Below, in pieces: positions 16,373-25,843 of a DNA stretch of 25,843 nt (position 1 is its first letter; the number at the start of each line of letters is the position of its first letter). The notes under the pieces are model-generated. The model saw nothing but the letters and a program-made list of their open reading frames with translations, made no database searches and was not told the DNA's origin. Both the position numbers and the translations under genes were made by a program. The DNA comes from Nostoc sp. DedSLP01. GTDB taxonomy: Bacteria; Cyanobacteriota; Cyanobacteriia; Cyanobacteriales; Nostocaceae. The DNA is taken from NCBI GenBank assembly GCA_034530875.2, contig JAVRCJ020000067.1:1-25843 (forward strand), written 5' to 3'.

Positions 16373-16404
16373 ATTGCTATGACTGCGATCGCAGTCATAG
16401 CAAT
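16373..16404. repeat. Perfect 32-bp palindrome centred on HIP1
   Basis: ATTGCTATGACTGCGA|TCGCAGTCATAGCAAT, with no spacer. Confidence 0.9.
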
Positions 16405-17116
16405 TGAAGTATAAATTAGGACATTAATACTACTTCTCTAAAATCGAGCAACAGATGTAAGCAAGGATTGCCTTGCTGTATCTAAGTTTCTTAATTGCGA
16501 AAAGTAGCAAATTGGTATTACCTGTTGATAGTCGCGTTCAACAACTTGCAATACCAATTTCATCGTCACTCGGCTTGTCCAAGTTTTATTCGTGCTAGTG
16601 ACATTACTAGCCAGTTGCCCTACCAAGCACTGGATTCATTGTGTAGCGATCGCAGCACTCTTACAACTGGCTGCACTCCGACAACAGAAGTAGGAATTTC
16701 GGCTGTGTTTTTCACACAATCTTCTGTTTGTCTTTGCGTCTTATTACGTCTATTAAAACAGCAACTGAAATACTTTAGATGCCAAATTGCCAAAATACTT
16801 AGGAGTTTTTTTGACTCTAGATTTCACCTCAGTGCGGAAAAGAATTGTGGTTTCTTGCACCATACACTCTCAGCAACATAAACCCATTGCAGAAAACTGG
16901 AATCATCTTTGCTGCCATCGCCCTCGGTAGTACTGCTATTTGGCTTATCACCTCACAGAAAAACTCATCCATTGCTTTAACCGAAGAATGGACAGTTATA
17001 GATGTAACAGATGCCCAAACCATGATCCTCCGGCAAACCGATGGCAACCAAATGCAAGTTCGATTGTGTCGCATTGATGCGTCAGAGTTAGGAAATAAAG
17101 CTAAGGATAAGCTGCG

Positions 17117-17164
17117 TTCCCTCTTAGGGTTGCCGTTCGCGGTAGCGTCTCTGAAAGAGAAGGC
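17117..17164. repeat. 48-nt nested small dispersed repeats splitting a HIP1 site
   Basis: Reads GCG[ttccctcttagggttgccgt{tcgcggtagcgtctctgaaagaga}aggc]ATCGC. Removal restores KLRSLVA. Confidence 0.7.
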
Positions 17165-17233
17165 ATCGCTTGTTGCAATTAACGATAGCCAAGTAATGGT
17201 CATTCCGGCTGGGGAAGATGAGCAAGGGCAAAA

Positions 17234-17388
17234 CAATTCTCAATTCGCAACTCGCAATTCGCAATTGTTTTAACTGCGTATTATGTATTGTGAACTGAAT
17301 TGATGCCTTGAGACTTACAAAGTATTAATTGTTTGATTGACTAACCACGTATTTCAATTGCGAATTGCGAACTGTTAATTGCGAATTG
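17234..17388. repeat. Element bounded by inverted heptamer arrays (CAATTCG / AATTGCG)
   Basis: STRR-type repeats in opposite orientation at the two ends. It interrupts the nuclease gene. Confidence 0.75.
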
Positions 17389-18031
17389 TGTTGGTGACTT
17401 ACGGTCAAGGTGAGGCTGAGATTAGTTTTCAAGAAGAACTACTCAAAAGCGGCTTGGCTAGAACGTAGCAAGGTGGGGTGGAATGCCCAAATCAAATAGC
17501 TTTCGAGAATGCCCAAAGGTTGGCGATCGCTTCCAAAGTCGGAGTCTGGAGTCAGGGCAAACAAAATCTGCATTAAAGCTAAAACTAGAAGCAACAATTA
17601 TAAAGAAAACAGGTTCTTGTGCTTGTTAGTCATGGCAACTAAATGTGGCATAGAATCCGACAAGTCAGACCATCAACGATCTAATTACCATTGATTTCAG
17701 CTACTACTAATATCCGTACTGCAAAATTTGGCTGGTCGTGTTTGAGCCGAGATATCAACGATGGGGCGTAACGGCAAGCATTAAATGCACACCTGTCCAG
17801 ACGGTATTTTACACAGTATACAGGATAACCAGAATTTTGAACAGCATCAAAAGAAATAAATCAGGATTTATTATCTCTTCTGTCAGGATTTGTTAATTTA
17901 TTCCGGGTGATTGAGCTATTTACCCCCAATTTTGTAAATATAGATACAGAAATTATTTATTTTACTCTTTCTGGTCTAGTTGGAGAGAGTAATGCTTGCC
18001 AGTTTTAATAGATTACAGACGCACAAAGCCT

Positions 18032-18277
18032 ATGTCCCATCAAACAGTTTTGGTTAATTCGACCGCCCCGACTCTGGCAAAGCAGATCGCTTCAGGTTGG
18101 AACCCCGTCTGCCACATCACGTACAACCGAGATACCTGGGTAAAGTTGCTCCAACCACCCGGTGACTATGCCTTTGAGGAAGCCAAGTTGCTCTGCCAGG
18201 AATCCCCAGCAACCTGGGTTGCCTGGGTGCCAGATTACGGTGAAGTGCTACTCGATCGCAGTGATTTCTATTGCTAA
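18032..18277 (+). CDS. Small hypothetical protein (cyanobacterial type, Trp-rich)
   Basis: 81-aa ORF, WVKLLQPP..YAFEEAKLLCQES..TWVAWVPDYGEVLL, with clean coding composition. Confidence 0.7.
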   Translation: MSHQTVLVNSTAPTLAKQIASGWNPVCHITYNRDTWVKLLQPPGDYAFEEAKLLCQESPATWVAWVPDYGEVLLDRSDFYC

Positions 18278-18355
18278 TCAGAAGCACGGTTGATATACCC
18301 ACCAGCTATTTCGCTAATGTTTTATTTGCCAGGTTAATAATGTAAGGTCATCTCT

Positions 18356-18524
18356 AATTCGCAAGTCGCAATGGGCTAACGCCCCGCTCCGTTCGCGCAG
18401 CGTCTCGTAGAGAAGAGAGCAATTCGCTCTTTAAGAACCCCACAACTGAAGTTGGGGCTTGCACCCTGAATGAACCAATTTTCAATTACATCCATAATTG
18501 CGAATTGCGAAAAGCAGCGAATTG
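18356..18524. repeat. Composite Nostoc-type repeat (AATTCGC heptamers, small dispersed repeat, hairpin)
   Basis: AATTCGC...GCGAATT inverted ends, a CCCCACAAC/GTTGGGG hairpin and a 21-nt insert at 18393-18413. Confidence 0.65.
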
Positions 18525-18587
18525 TTTGGTCAAGGTCTGGCTGGTATGGGCAAGTAAGTAATTCAGGTATTAAACAGGTTGAGTGTG

Positions 18588-18848
18588 ATGAACGTCGATT
18601 CGGCTATTGATTGGGATGAAATATTTGAGTATTTGCCGGGGACAGTGGTAGAACTCAAGAATAATCCTGGGGTTTTGCATCAGATTGATTACTATGAAAC
18701 CACGATGGTTCCTCCAATCTGGTTGGTGAACGATCCGCGTCCGCGTTACCCTCACGAGTTGCAAATTGTCTCTCGTCGTGGGATCCAGGCTTGTGACATC
18801 GGGTCGCAGGTTGTTGCATTCAGAGCAAGTGCTGCCTCTGGTATTTAG
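18588..18848 (+). CDS. Small hypothetical protein
   Basis: 86-aa ORF, WDEIFEYLPGTVVEL...MVPPIWLVNDPRPRYPHEL. Confidence 0.7.
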   Translation: MNVDSAIDWDEIFEYLPGTVVELKNNPGVLHQIDYYETTMVPPIWLVNDPRPRYPHELQIVSRRGIQACDIGSQVVAFRASAASGI

Positions 18849-19033
18849 CGTCAATTAACCACCAAAAATTGAACTTGAATTTTGAGACAATAATCTCTTA
18901 TAAGCATCACTCAAAAGTTGTCTTTGAAAGGCTGATTTTTACCTTAACTTTTTTGTGTTTGGAGATCGTTAATAAAATTATTGTCGTTCAATAGTTACAA
19001 GTGAACGTCAATAAAAAACGGAAGCTGCTGATT

Positions 19034-19426
19034 ATGAATGACTGGAATTTGCCTTGGTCAGGCGGATGTCGTTGCTCCCAGTTGCGGTTTCAGGTGAGCC
19101 AACCGCCTCTATTAACGATGGCTTGCCACTGCACAGGTTGCCAACGAATGACTGCCAGTGCTTTTTCTTTAAGCGTTGCGATTCCAAGCATTGGCTTTTC
19201 AGTAATCAAGGGTCAGCCAACTATTGGCGGTTTACATGGCGCGACTCGACATTACTTCTGCCCACACTGCATGAGTTGGATATTTACTTGTCCCGAAGGA
19301 ATGGATGAGTTCGTTAACCTGCGTGCGACGATGCTGGATGATGTGTCATGGTTCACGCGTTTCATCGAAACTTGGACAAGAGAAAAGCTGACATGCGCGG
19401 TAACTTCTAGGCCCAAACCGGATTAA
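19034..19426 (+). pseudogene. GFA-family (CENP-V-like) Zn protein, probably C-terminally truncated
   Basis: GGCRC, CHCTGCQ and FCPHC motifs. The last codons run into beta-lactamase sequence. Confidence 0.8.
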
Positions 19427-19649
19427 AGGGCTGTTGCCAGAGGGAACAGTTGTAGCACACAAGACTGGTACATCACGCACGGTAGACGGGGTGACGGCGG
19501 CAACAAATGATGTAGGACTGATAAAACTAGCAGATGGGCGACATTTAGCGATCGCAGTTTTTGTATCAGGTTCTACGGCTGATGAGGTCACACGCGGAGA
19601 AGTTATAGCAAAGGTAGCGCGAGCCGTATGGGATAAATGGAATAAATAG
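19410..19649 (+). pseudogene. Class A beta-lactamase, C-terminal fragment
   Basis: [21 protein letters not shown]...ATNDVGLI..DGRHLAIAVFV contains the KTG motif. SxxK and SDN are absent. Confidence 0.88.
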
Positions 19650-19865
19650 ATACAAAGTAAATTGACAAGCCTTGGCATCTGCAAGAGAGTTGCGGATGCT
19701 ATAGATGATGCGATAGTACTTGGGGTTGCCTTGAAATAGCCAGAGGCCATTATCTGTTAGATGTGCTTGTTTGTATGGGATTAGCGATCGCTGGATTTTG
19801 TCTTAAGAGATCGGAGATAATGTTATAGGTGGCACTGACTGCCTTTGTTCTCAGATAGAACTTAA

Positions 19866-20414
19866 TTAGTCGATATCCATATCTAAAGAAAAAGCCTCGT
19901 TAATACATTGCACAAGTTCGCCTGTTTCAAACCTCTCCTTAAAAGCACCTCGCTTTTGAGAGTTTTCGGCTGAAATATCTTGTACACTCAGTAGCCTACC
20001 TGCTTCAAAACTGAACTCCAAAAGCGTTTCAAAAGCACTGCCCTTTTGATAGCCCATGTGAACGTATAGCTCTCGAATAAAGTCTTTACCCAGCCTAATT
20101 TTTCCAGTAAAAGATGTAAGTAGTCTTAATCCTTGGTAGGTTGGATAACCATAGCTGTCTCCAGAAGGTATGCTTGGCATAATTCCTTGGATTGGTTTGT
20201 GTCTTCCTTCAACTTCACCAATCACCATCTGCGTTAAGAATAAGCCTTCATCTGTTATTTCATAAGTTGAATAAAAGCCGCGATAGCAAGCTGTCTCAAG
20301 CATCTGGGGTTGCATACCATAGTCTTGTGGGGTTATTAACCCTTCTCCAGCTAATGCAACTAATTGGTATTCTTCACCGTTATAAAGAAATGTATCTGGA
20401 ATTTGGGATGTCAT
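19866..20414 (-). CDS. Hypothetical protein
   Basis: Intact 182-aa ORF from MTSQIPD, with motifs TACYRG, FTGKIRLGKDFI and YVHMGYQ. Function not recognised. Confidence 0.75.
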   Translation of the reverse strand: MTSQIPDTFLYNGEEYQLVALAGEGLITPQDYGMQPQMLETACYRGFYSTYEITDEGLFLTQMVIGEVEGRHKPIQGIMPSIPSGDSYGYPTYQGLRLLTSFTGKIRLGKDFIRELYVHMGYQKGSAFETLLEFSFEAGRLLSVQDISAENSQKRGAFKERFETGELVQCINEAFSLDMDID

Positions 20415-20631
20415 AAAATTCACAATAAATGTAATTATCGATTTTTCGAGAGAGTGAATAGCCTTTTCAATAATGAATACGCTGCCTTTGTGCAAAGTAT
20501 TCTTGTAATTGGTAGCATTCGGCTGATGAATTGCAATCGGATTCTCAGCACAAGGTCTTATTTTAAGTTTTCCCTTAGCTGAGTTATTTCTAACGGCTTA
20601 TTTGTAAAGTAGATTTTGGTGCAACAAACCT

Positions 20632-21477
20632 ATGCTAAAGCTGCGTCCTTTCGTTAAAGTTGTGTTATCTACAGCATTATTTACAATACTGATTTGGCAG
20701 CATCCCGCTTTTGCTTGGAATAAAGCCGGACACATGGTGTCAGGAGCGATCGCTTACAACGAACTTAAGCAGAATCATCCACAAATAATCGAGAAAATTG
20801 CTGCAATTTTAACAGAGCATCCTGAATATTCTAAATTTGAACAACAGTGGAACTCTCTCCAGGGATCTAATATTTCTGCTGACTCTAAAAATTTGTACTT
20901 GTTCATGTGGGCGGCAAAATGGGCAGATAAAGCTCGTGATAACCCTGCATTTAATAACCCAACTTGGCATTACATTAATTTTCCTTACCAACCAAGCAGT
21001 TCTTCAAACTCAATCCCTCGTGAAATTCCAGGTGAAGAAAATATTCTGTAAGCTTTTCAAAAAAACCTTGATATTGTTCAAAGCGATACCAGCAATAGTG
21101 AAAAAGCAGTTGCAATATGTTGGCTGTTCCATTTAACAGGAGATGTGCATCAACCATTGCACACTACTAAACTAATAACTAAGTAATATCCACAGCCAGA
21201 AAGCGATCGGGGTGGCACGCGTTTTTACATTAAAGTTAAACCCGATAGCCAAACGATTAGTTTGCATAAATTCTGGGATGACCTAATTGTTGGTAGCGAA
21301 AGATTTCAAACAGTTCGTACCACTGCTACTCGTCTGAGAGCATCTTATCAACGTAATAGATTACCCGAATTAAGAGAAACTAAATTTGATAACTGGGCGA
21401 AGTTGGAGAGTTTTAAGATCGCAAAACAAAACGCATATCTCAACGGAAAACTTTCTGGCAGCACCGATAAGGATGAT
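20632..21477 (+). pseudogene. S1/P1 nuclease (secreted), with two nonsense codons and a truncated 3' end
   Basis: Signal peptide, then AW..GH, WAD, WHYIN, HLTGDVHQPLH, DRGG and LHKFWD all in one frame. TAA at 21049 and 21184. Confidence 0.9.
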
Positions 21478-21974
21478 GTACTGCTGAAATGATTGCTCTG
21501 TTAAGTAACTAGGTAAAGAATATTGGCTGATAAACTTATGTTGCACATCAACACAAAGTCCAATTTCTCCAGATTCCATAAAAAATGGACGGACTGAAAA
21601 TCCTCGAAACATTGAGATCGCACCAAACTTTTGATACGGAACCTTCTCAAAAAAAGGTTTTCCGGCGCTAGATTGCCACAACTGTGCATTTCCAAACAAA
21701 GAAGATTGCACCATAAAATGGAGAAAGCGCCAACAAATCTTATCATTTTGTGGAGTGCGTAGTGAGTAATCTAGAGTTAAGGTCTTACCAGTTGATTTGA
21801 AATAGACAATTCCTCTAATAATTTGAAAGCGCTCTGGCGGATCGGGTGCATCAACAGAAAGAACTAAATAAGGTTTATCATCATGTTCAATAATAGTAAC
21901 AGGATGTTTTAGTAAATAACTCAAACTATGAATTAAATTCTGCTGATTCTGATAGTATTCAGCATGGCGCTTAA
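21478..21974 (-). pseudogene. Probable long prokaryotic Argonaute, N/L1 region fragment
   Basis: EYYQN..LSYLLKHPVTII..PYLV..LDY..NDKICWRFLHF..LWQ..AGKPFFEK..FRGFSVR..IGLCVDVQHKFIS..LP resembles the N-L1 segment of long pAgos. Truncated at both ends. Recognised from memory only. Confidence 0.6.
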
Positions 21975-23567
21975 CCCGCATTTCTCACAAATGAGGAAAA
22001 AATACTGGGATTAGCTAGATTTAGGATAATTTAATTGATACATCATCAAAATACGTCCAGAGTATGGGTAACTCAAAGTAAAAACCGAAATAATCAAAGT
22101 TATATTAAATACAGCAAAATTAAAGAATCCTGAAACAACAATTTTTTACTAATAAAAATTGACAAGCCAATTCATCAGGTTAAATTAAGTAAAATAACCT
22201 CAAAAATCAGCTATTAAAAATCTGAAACAGCTATGACTTATGAAATTAGGTCATTATTAACCAGGAGAAGGCAGTTGAGATAAACGCTGATAAACCGTTG
22301 CGAAAATCTCCTTATAAGGACAAGCACTACTAATTGCGATTAAAACTCGTCGTTTACTAATAGTAATAACTGCTCCTAACTTCAATAGTTTTGCGCGGAT
22401 AGTCTCAACAGTTGCATTTTTAAATTCCGTTTTTGCTAAACATTGTTCTCGCAGGGCATTCATTAAAATGTAAGCAATCGATGCAAACCACAAACGTAAT
22501 TGATTTCCTTCAAATGTGTGGGTACTAGTTCTATCACTGTGCAATCCTAACTTTTGTTCTTTTAGACAATTCTCCATATTACCCCGTGGACAATATTTTT
22601 GAGTATAAAGTCGTCCTGGCGGAATTTTATTAATAGGGAGCGAAGTCACCACAAAACAAGTATCCACTTCTTCATAGCTGTACTCAACTTTGGCGACAAC
22701 ACGACGATTACGGCTCCAACTGTCTAGAGTTTGGTAATCAATAGAGCAATACCAAACTGAGTTATCAACAAATACTGCTGCGTCGTCCTTTAAATCTGGT
22801 GATGGAGCAAATAAGGTTTCAAAAAACTCGACTATATGTTTAATTTTTCCTGAGTATTCTTGGGATGCGCGATACTGGATTGACTTAGTTGCTTGGAGTA
22901 GCCGATTATTCGGAGCGAGTCCAAATACATAATCAATTTCAGTTTGAGATTCACACCAACTCATTATATCTTCTCTCGAATAAGCGCTGTCTTTGCGGCC
23001 AAAGTAATTGATTCTTGTTCTGAATTAATCACTTTTCCAACTGCAAATGCAAATATTGCATCGTGACGCAAAGTTTCATGGTCATTTATATCTTCATAGC
23101 CCATGATTAAGCCATATATTCGCTGTGCAATTAAACTATTGACTGGATGCAGAATCTTATTTGGCTCTCGGTAATATTTGAAACAGGCTGTTAGCACCTG
23201 TTCAAAAATAACGAAAGCCAACCTTATTGGGTATCGTGACGCTCAAGATTACTCGTGGGGGAGCAAATGCCCTCTTAGGGCATTTGCGAAGGTTGGCTTT
23301 CGTTATTTCATGACAACCCCTTAGCCGTGATGTTATTCCTCTTTTTCTGTCCAGTTCCGCAATTAATGTTAATCCTGCATCAGATGTTACAGATTCACAC
23401 TTAAAATTAACTACAACTGGACATGACTTTACTTGTTCAAATACGAACTGTTCTGGGATACAATCATTTTTATTTGGGGTCATACTTCAAACTGCTGGAA
23501 TTGTTGTGCAATATGCATTTTGGCAGTTTTTGACCCCTGTTTCTTCAAGCTTTGTGAGAAATCCAGG
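21975..23567 (-). mobile_element. IS1380-family element with internal deletion and MITE insertion (transposase pseudogene 22257-23483)
   Basis: IRs CCCGCATTTCTCACAAA (21975) / TTTGTGAGAAATCCAGG (23567). Motifs VTSDAG, GYEDINDH, DSAY and YCPRGNMENCLKE. LAAK is joined out of frame to DSAY at about 22992. Confidence 0.92.
23194..23320. mobile_element. 127-bp MITE with TTA(G) target duplication
   Basis: 20-bp IR core AAATAACGAAAGCCAACCTT (23206-23225 / 23289-23308), flanked by TTA at 23191 and 23321. Removal restores SRLTACF. Confidence 0.85.
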
Positions 23568-23596
23568 TAGAGCATTTTGTAACCGCAGCCCAACAA

Positions 23597-23809
23597 TGCC
23601 TCAACAAAAGTTTTCCTGGGGAGCTTGCTGTCACAATGGCACGACTCGTATCAATCCTTAGCCAGCGGCCGCGCCTGTGTCAGCATTGAAATCCCTAGTA
23701 GTCCATGAGCTTGCCCACCTGTTGCACCGCAATCATGGTAATGAATTTTGGGTAACGCTGTCATGTGTGATGCCGGACTGGAGGGTGCGGGTGTGGCTGG
23801 GGATTGGCT
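23597..23809 (+). pseudogene. M48/YgjP-like (DUF45) metallopeptidase C-terminal remnant
   Basis: SWGAC...RIN followed by LVVHELAHLLHRNHGNEFW..VMPDW (HExxH). Disrupted, and not in the ORF track. Confidence 0.75.
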
Positions 23810-23874
23810 GAGATAGGTTGGAGCGATCGCTTGTAGAAAATATTGAGTATCTATTCCTACTTTGCCTACCAAAT

Positions 23875-24120
23875 TCATGTTGAGGCTTCTGTTGAATCAA
23901 TTTGCCTTTCTATTTCTTCTAGAGTTGCGGTACTAAGCAAGTTGTTTAATGCAATCGCTTTTACATTTGAGTTTTCTAACTTTTTCGCTAGTCTTTCAGC
24001 CCAAAGTGTATACTTATATGCTTTCTGCGCTCTTGTTCCTTTTACGTCTTTAATAGAATCTAATATCAGTGCGTTCTTTTCTTTGATAACTTCAATGATG
24101 GCTTCGGTTGGTATCTCCAC
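23875..24120 (-). CDS. Hypothetical protein or gene remnant
   Basis: 81-aa charged helical ORF with no recognised motif. Confidence 0.3.
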   Translation of the reverse strand: MEIPTEAIIEVIKEKNALILDSIKDVKGTRAQKAYKYTLWAERLAKKLENSNVKAIALNNLLSTATLEEIERQIDSTEAST

Positions 24121-24398
24121 CTGAGAATCCTTTCGGTCGTAATATACTGATTTTACAGCAATTAGAAAACCATTGTCTTTTCACGATTAAAACTGCCCTG
24201 GAGAAGAACCAGAGCAGCATTAGAGAAGCAAAGATAGATTTTATTTATGAGAGAGCTTTGATAGTTGTAGCTCTCTGTTTGCATATAAAGAATTTGGTAT
24301 ATAAGGGGATACAGTTTAAGCTCTGCACTTTCCGGTAAATTTCCAGTAAACAAATTAATTTACCAGCTTGAGTTATTCACGTTTTTTGTAAGTGCATA

Positions 24399-25770
24399 TT
24401 ATTGAAGCGGCTGCAACAACCTCTGCCACAACCTTGTGTACCTCTGCTGGTCATCTGTAGTCCGTACAGCTAGGGATATCGCTTTCTTGGAACCAACCAC
24501 AATCGCTAATTTCCTCGCACGAGTCAATGCTGTGTAAAATAAGTTACGTGACAGCAGAAGATAATGTTGCATATACAAAGGCAATATTACGACTGGATAT
24601 TCACTGCCCTGACTTTTGTGTATACTGATACTCCACGCCAACGTAATCTCATTCAAATCGGCATAATCGTAAACCACAGGTCGCCCAGCGTAATCAACCG
24701 TTACTTCTTGTTCTTCAGTATCAATGCCAGAGATAGTCCCCAAATCACCGTTAAACACTTCGCGATCATAGTCATTCATTTGCTGAATCACGCGATCGCC
24801 AAGACGTAGAATCATCCCACCCCTGACAATCTCTGCTTTATCGGGGCTTGGCGGATTGATTAGTTGCTGTAACACCATATTCAAGTTGCGAGTTCCCACC
24901 AACCCCCGCGACATGGGACAAAGCACTTGAACATCAGATGAGGGATTGAAACCCAGCCGGGGAATAAAGGAGCTAATCAACTCACAAATTGCTTGTACCC
25001 CATGTTCTGGCTGATGACCTCCACCATGCCAAAGGCAATCTGACATGGGATTGTCGCTAATCGGCTCTAGAGTTGGATAATCGCCCTGGTTGATTTGGTG
25101 TGCGGCGATGACAATTGCGCTCTGCTGGGCTTGGCGAAATACTTGCGTTAATCGTACTACTGGTACTTGAAGCGAATTAATTAGATCGGCCAGCACTTTT
25201 CCAGGGCCGACGGATGGCAACTGGTCGATATCACCCACTAATAATAGTTGTTTCCCCTGTGCCACAGCTTTCACCAAGGAATGTGCTAGAAACAGATCCA
25301 GCATCGATGCTTCATCGGCAATAATTGCATCACTTGGCAGGGGGTTTTCGTTATCCCGTTTAAAACCCATAGTCTTGGGGTCGAACTCCAACAAGCGATG
25401 TATGGTTTTTGCTTCTAATCCCGTCATTTCGGCTAATCGCTGTGCTGCTCTGCCTGTTGGTGCAGCCAAGGCAATGGATTTACCCATTGCTTTCCACAGG
25501 CTGACAATGGTATATGTAGTGAAGGTTTTGCCAACTCCCGGGCGACCAGTCAGAACCATCACGGGAGAATATGCGGCTTTCTCTACCGCTTGCTGCTGCT
25601 GTGGCGATAGTTGAATTTTGCGACTGGTTGTAAAACGCTCTATCCAAGCTCGAACACGAGGCATATCCTGTACTATCGGCTGGCTTAAGCGTCGGGATAT
25701 CATTTGTGCTAAATTCGTCTCCGTGTGGAAGAACGTTGGTTTAAAGCACAGTAGCAGCTTCTCGCCATCA
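24399..25770 (-). pseudogene. recD2: RecD2 (RecD/TraA-like SF1B helicase), 3' part; interrupted by an IS
   Basis: GRPGVGKT, APTGRAA, DEASM, GDIDQLPSV, QVFRQ, IHKSQGSE and YTALTRA. The frame continues upstream of 25703 (LLCFKPTFFHTE) to the IS boundary. Confidence 0.9.
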
Positions 25771-25773
25771 TTA

Positions 25774-25843
25774 GACCTCTTGCAAAAGTCCTAGATGCAT
25801 GGGACAAGTAAGTGAGAGTTGGGTAGCATAAATGACCTACGAA
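25774..25843 (+). mobile_element. Left end of a probable IS5-family (ISL2/IS702-like) element; continues beyond the window
   Basis: TTA target, then GACCTCTTGCAAAAGTC, with an ORF start MTYE at 25832, exactly where recD2 similarity stops. Confidence 0.65.

Larger units (their letters stand above)
16845..17576 (+). pseudogene. Thermonuclease (SNase-like) membrane-anchored protein, disrupted
   Basis: TM segment, VIDVTDAQT and VRLCRIDASE. After a repeat insertion it resumes as EELLKSGLA..*..AQRLAIASKVGVWS with an internal TAG at 17466. Start uncertain. Confidence 0.8.

Noticed and set aside
16438..16881. Overlapping ORFs of 62 and 128 aa around the HIP1 at 16646
   Set aside because: No recognisable motifs. 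They may be remnants, but I cannot support a call.
17234..18524. CAATTCG/AATTGCG repeats as a CRISPR array
   Set aside because: These are heptamer STRR-type repeats without regular unique spacers, and no cas genes are present.
19434..19649. Functional antibiotic resistance gene
   Set aside because: Only the KTG-containing tail is present, and the catalytic SxxK and SDN motifs are missing.
21982..22046. Apparent degenerate start (MYQLN...) for the pAgo-like gene
   Set aside because: It lies inside the IS1380 element (IR at 21975-21991), so the resemblance is probably coincidental.

Overview
This is DNA from a filamentous cyanobacterium (Nostocales-like), judged from about 15 HIP1 octamers (GCGATCGC) and Nostoc-type small repeats. 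It is probably plasmid or island DNA, given the dnaB-like, C5-methyltransferase, ASCH, thermonuclease and recD2 remnants. An intact cargo block (2.4-11.9 kb) holds a class I terpene synthase, a CYP110-like P450, a convergent 1924-aa Ser/Thr kinase-AAA-GAF-His kinase and nblA. This block lies between two colinear 513-bp dnaB 3' fragments that both begin at or near a HIP1 site. The rest is heavily decayed. It contains IS66, ISLre2/ISKra4-like, IS1 (apparently intact), IS5, IS1380 and a second IS5 end, plus MITEs and small dispersed repeats. It also contains deletion junctions that join unrelated genes: Dcm::DnaB, GFA::beta-lactamase, and an S1/P1 nuclease abutting what looks like the N-terminal part of a long prokaryotic Argonaute. 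Family calls come from motif recognition by eye, not from database searches.
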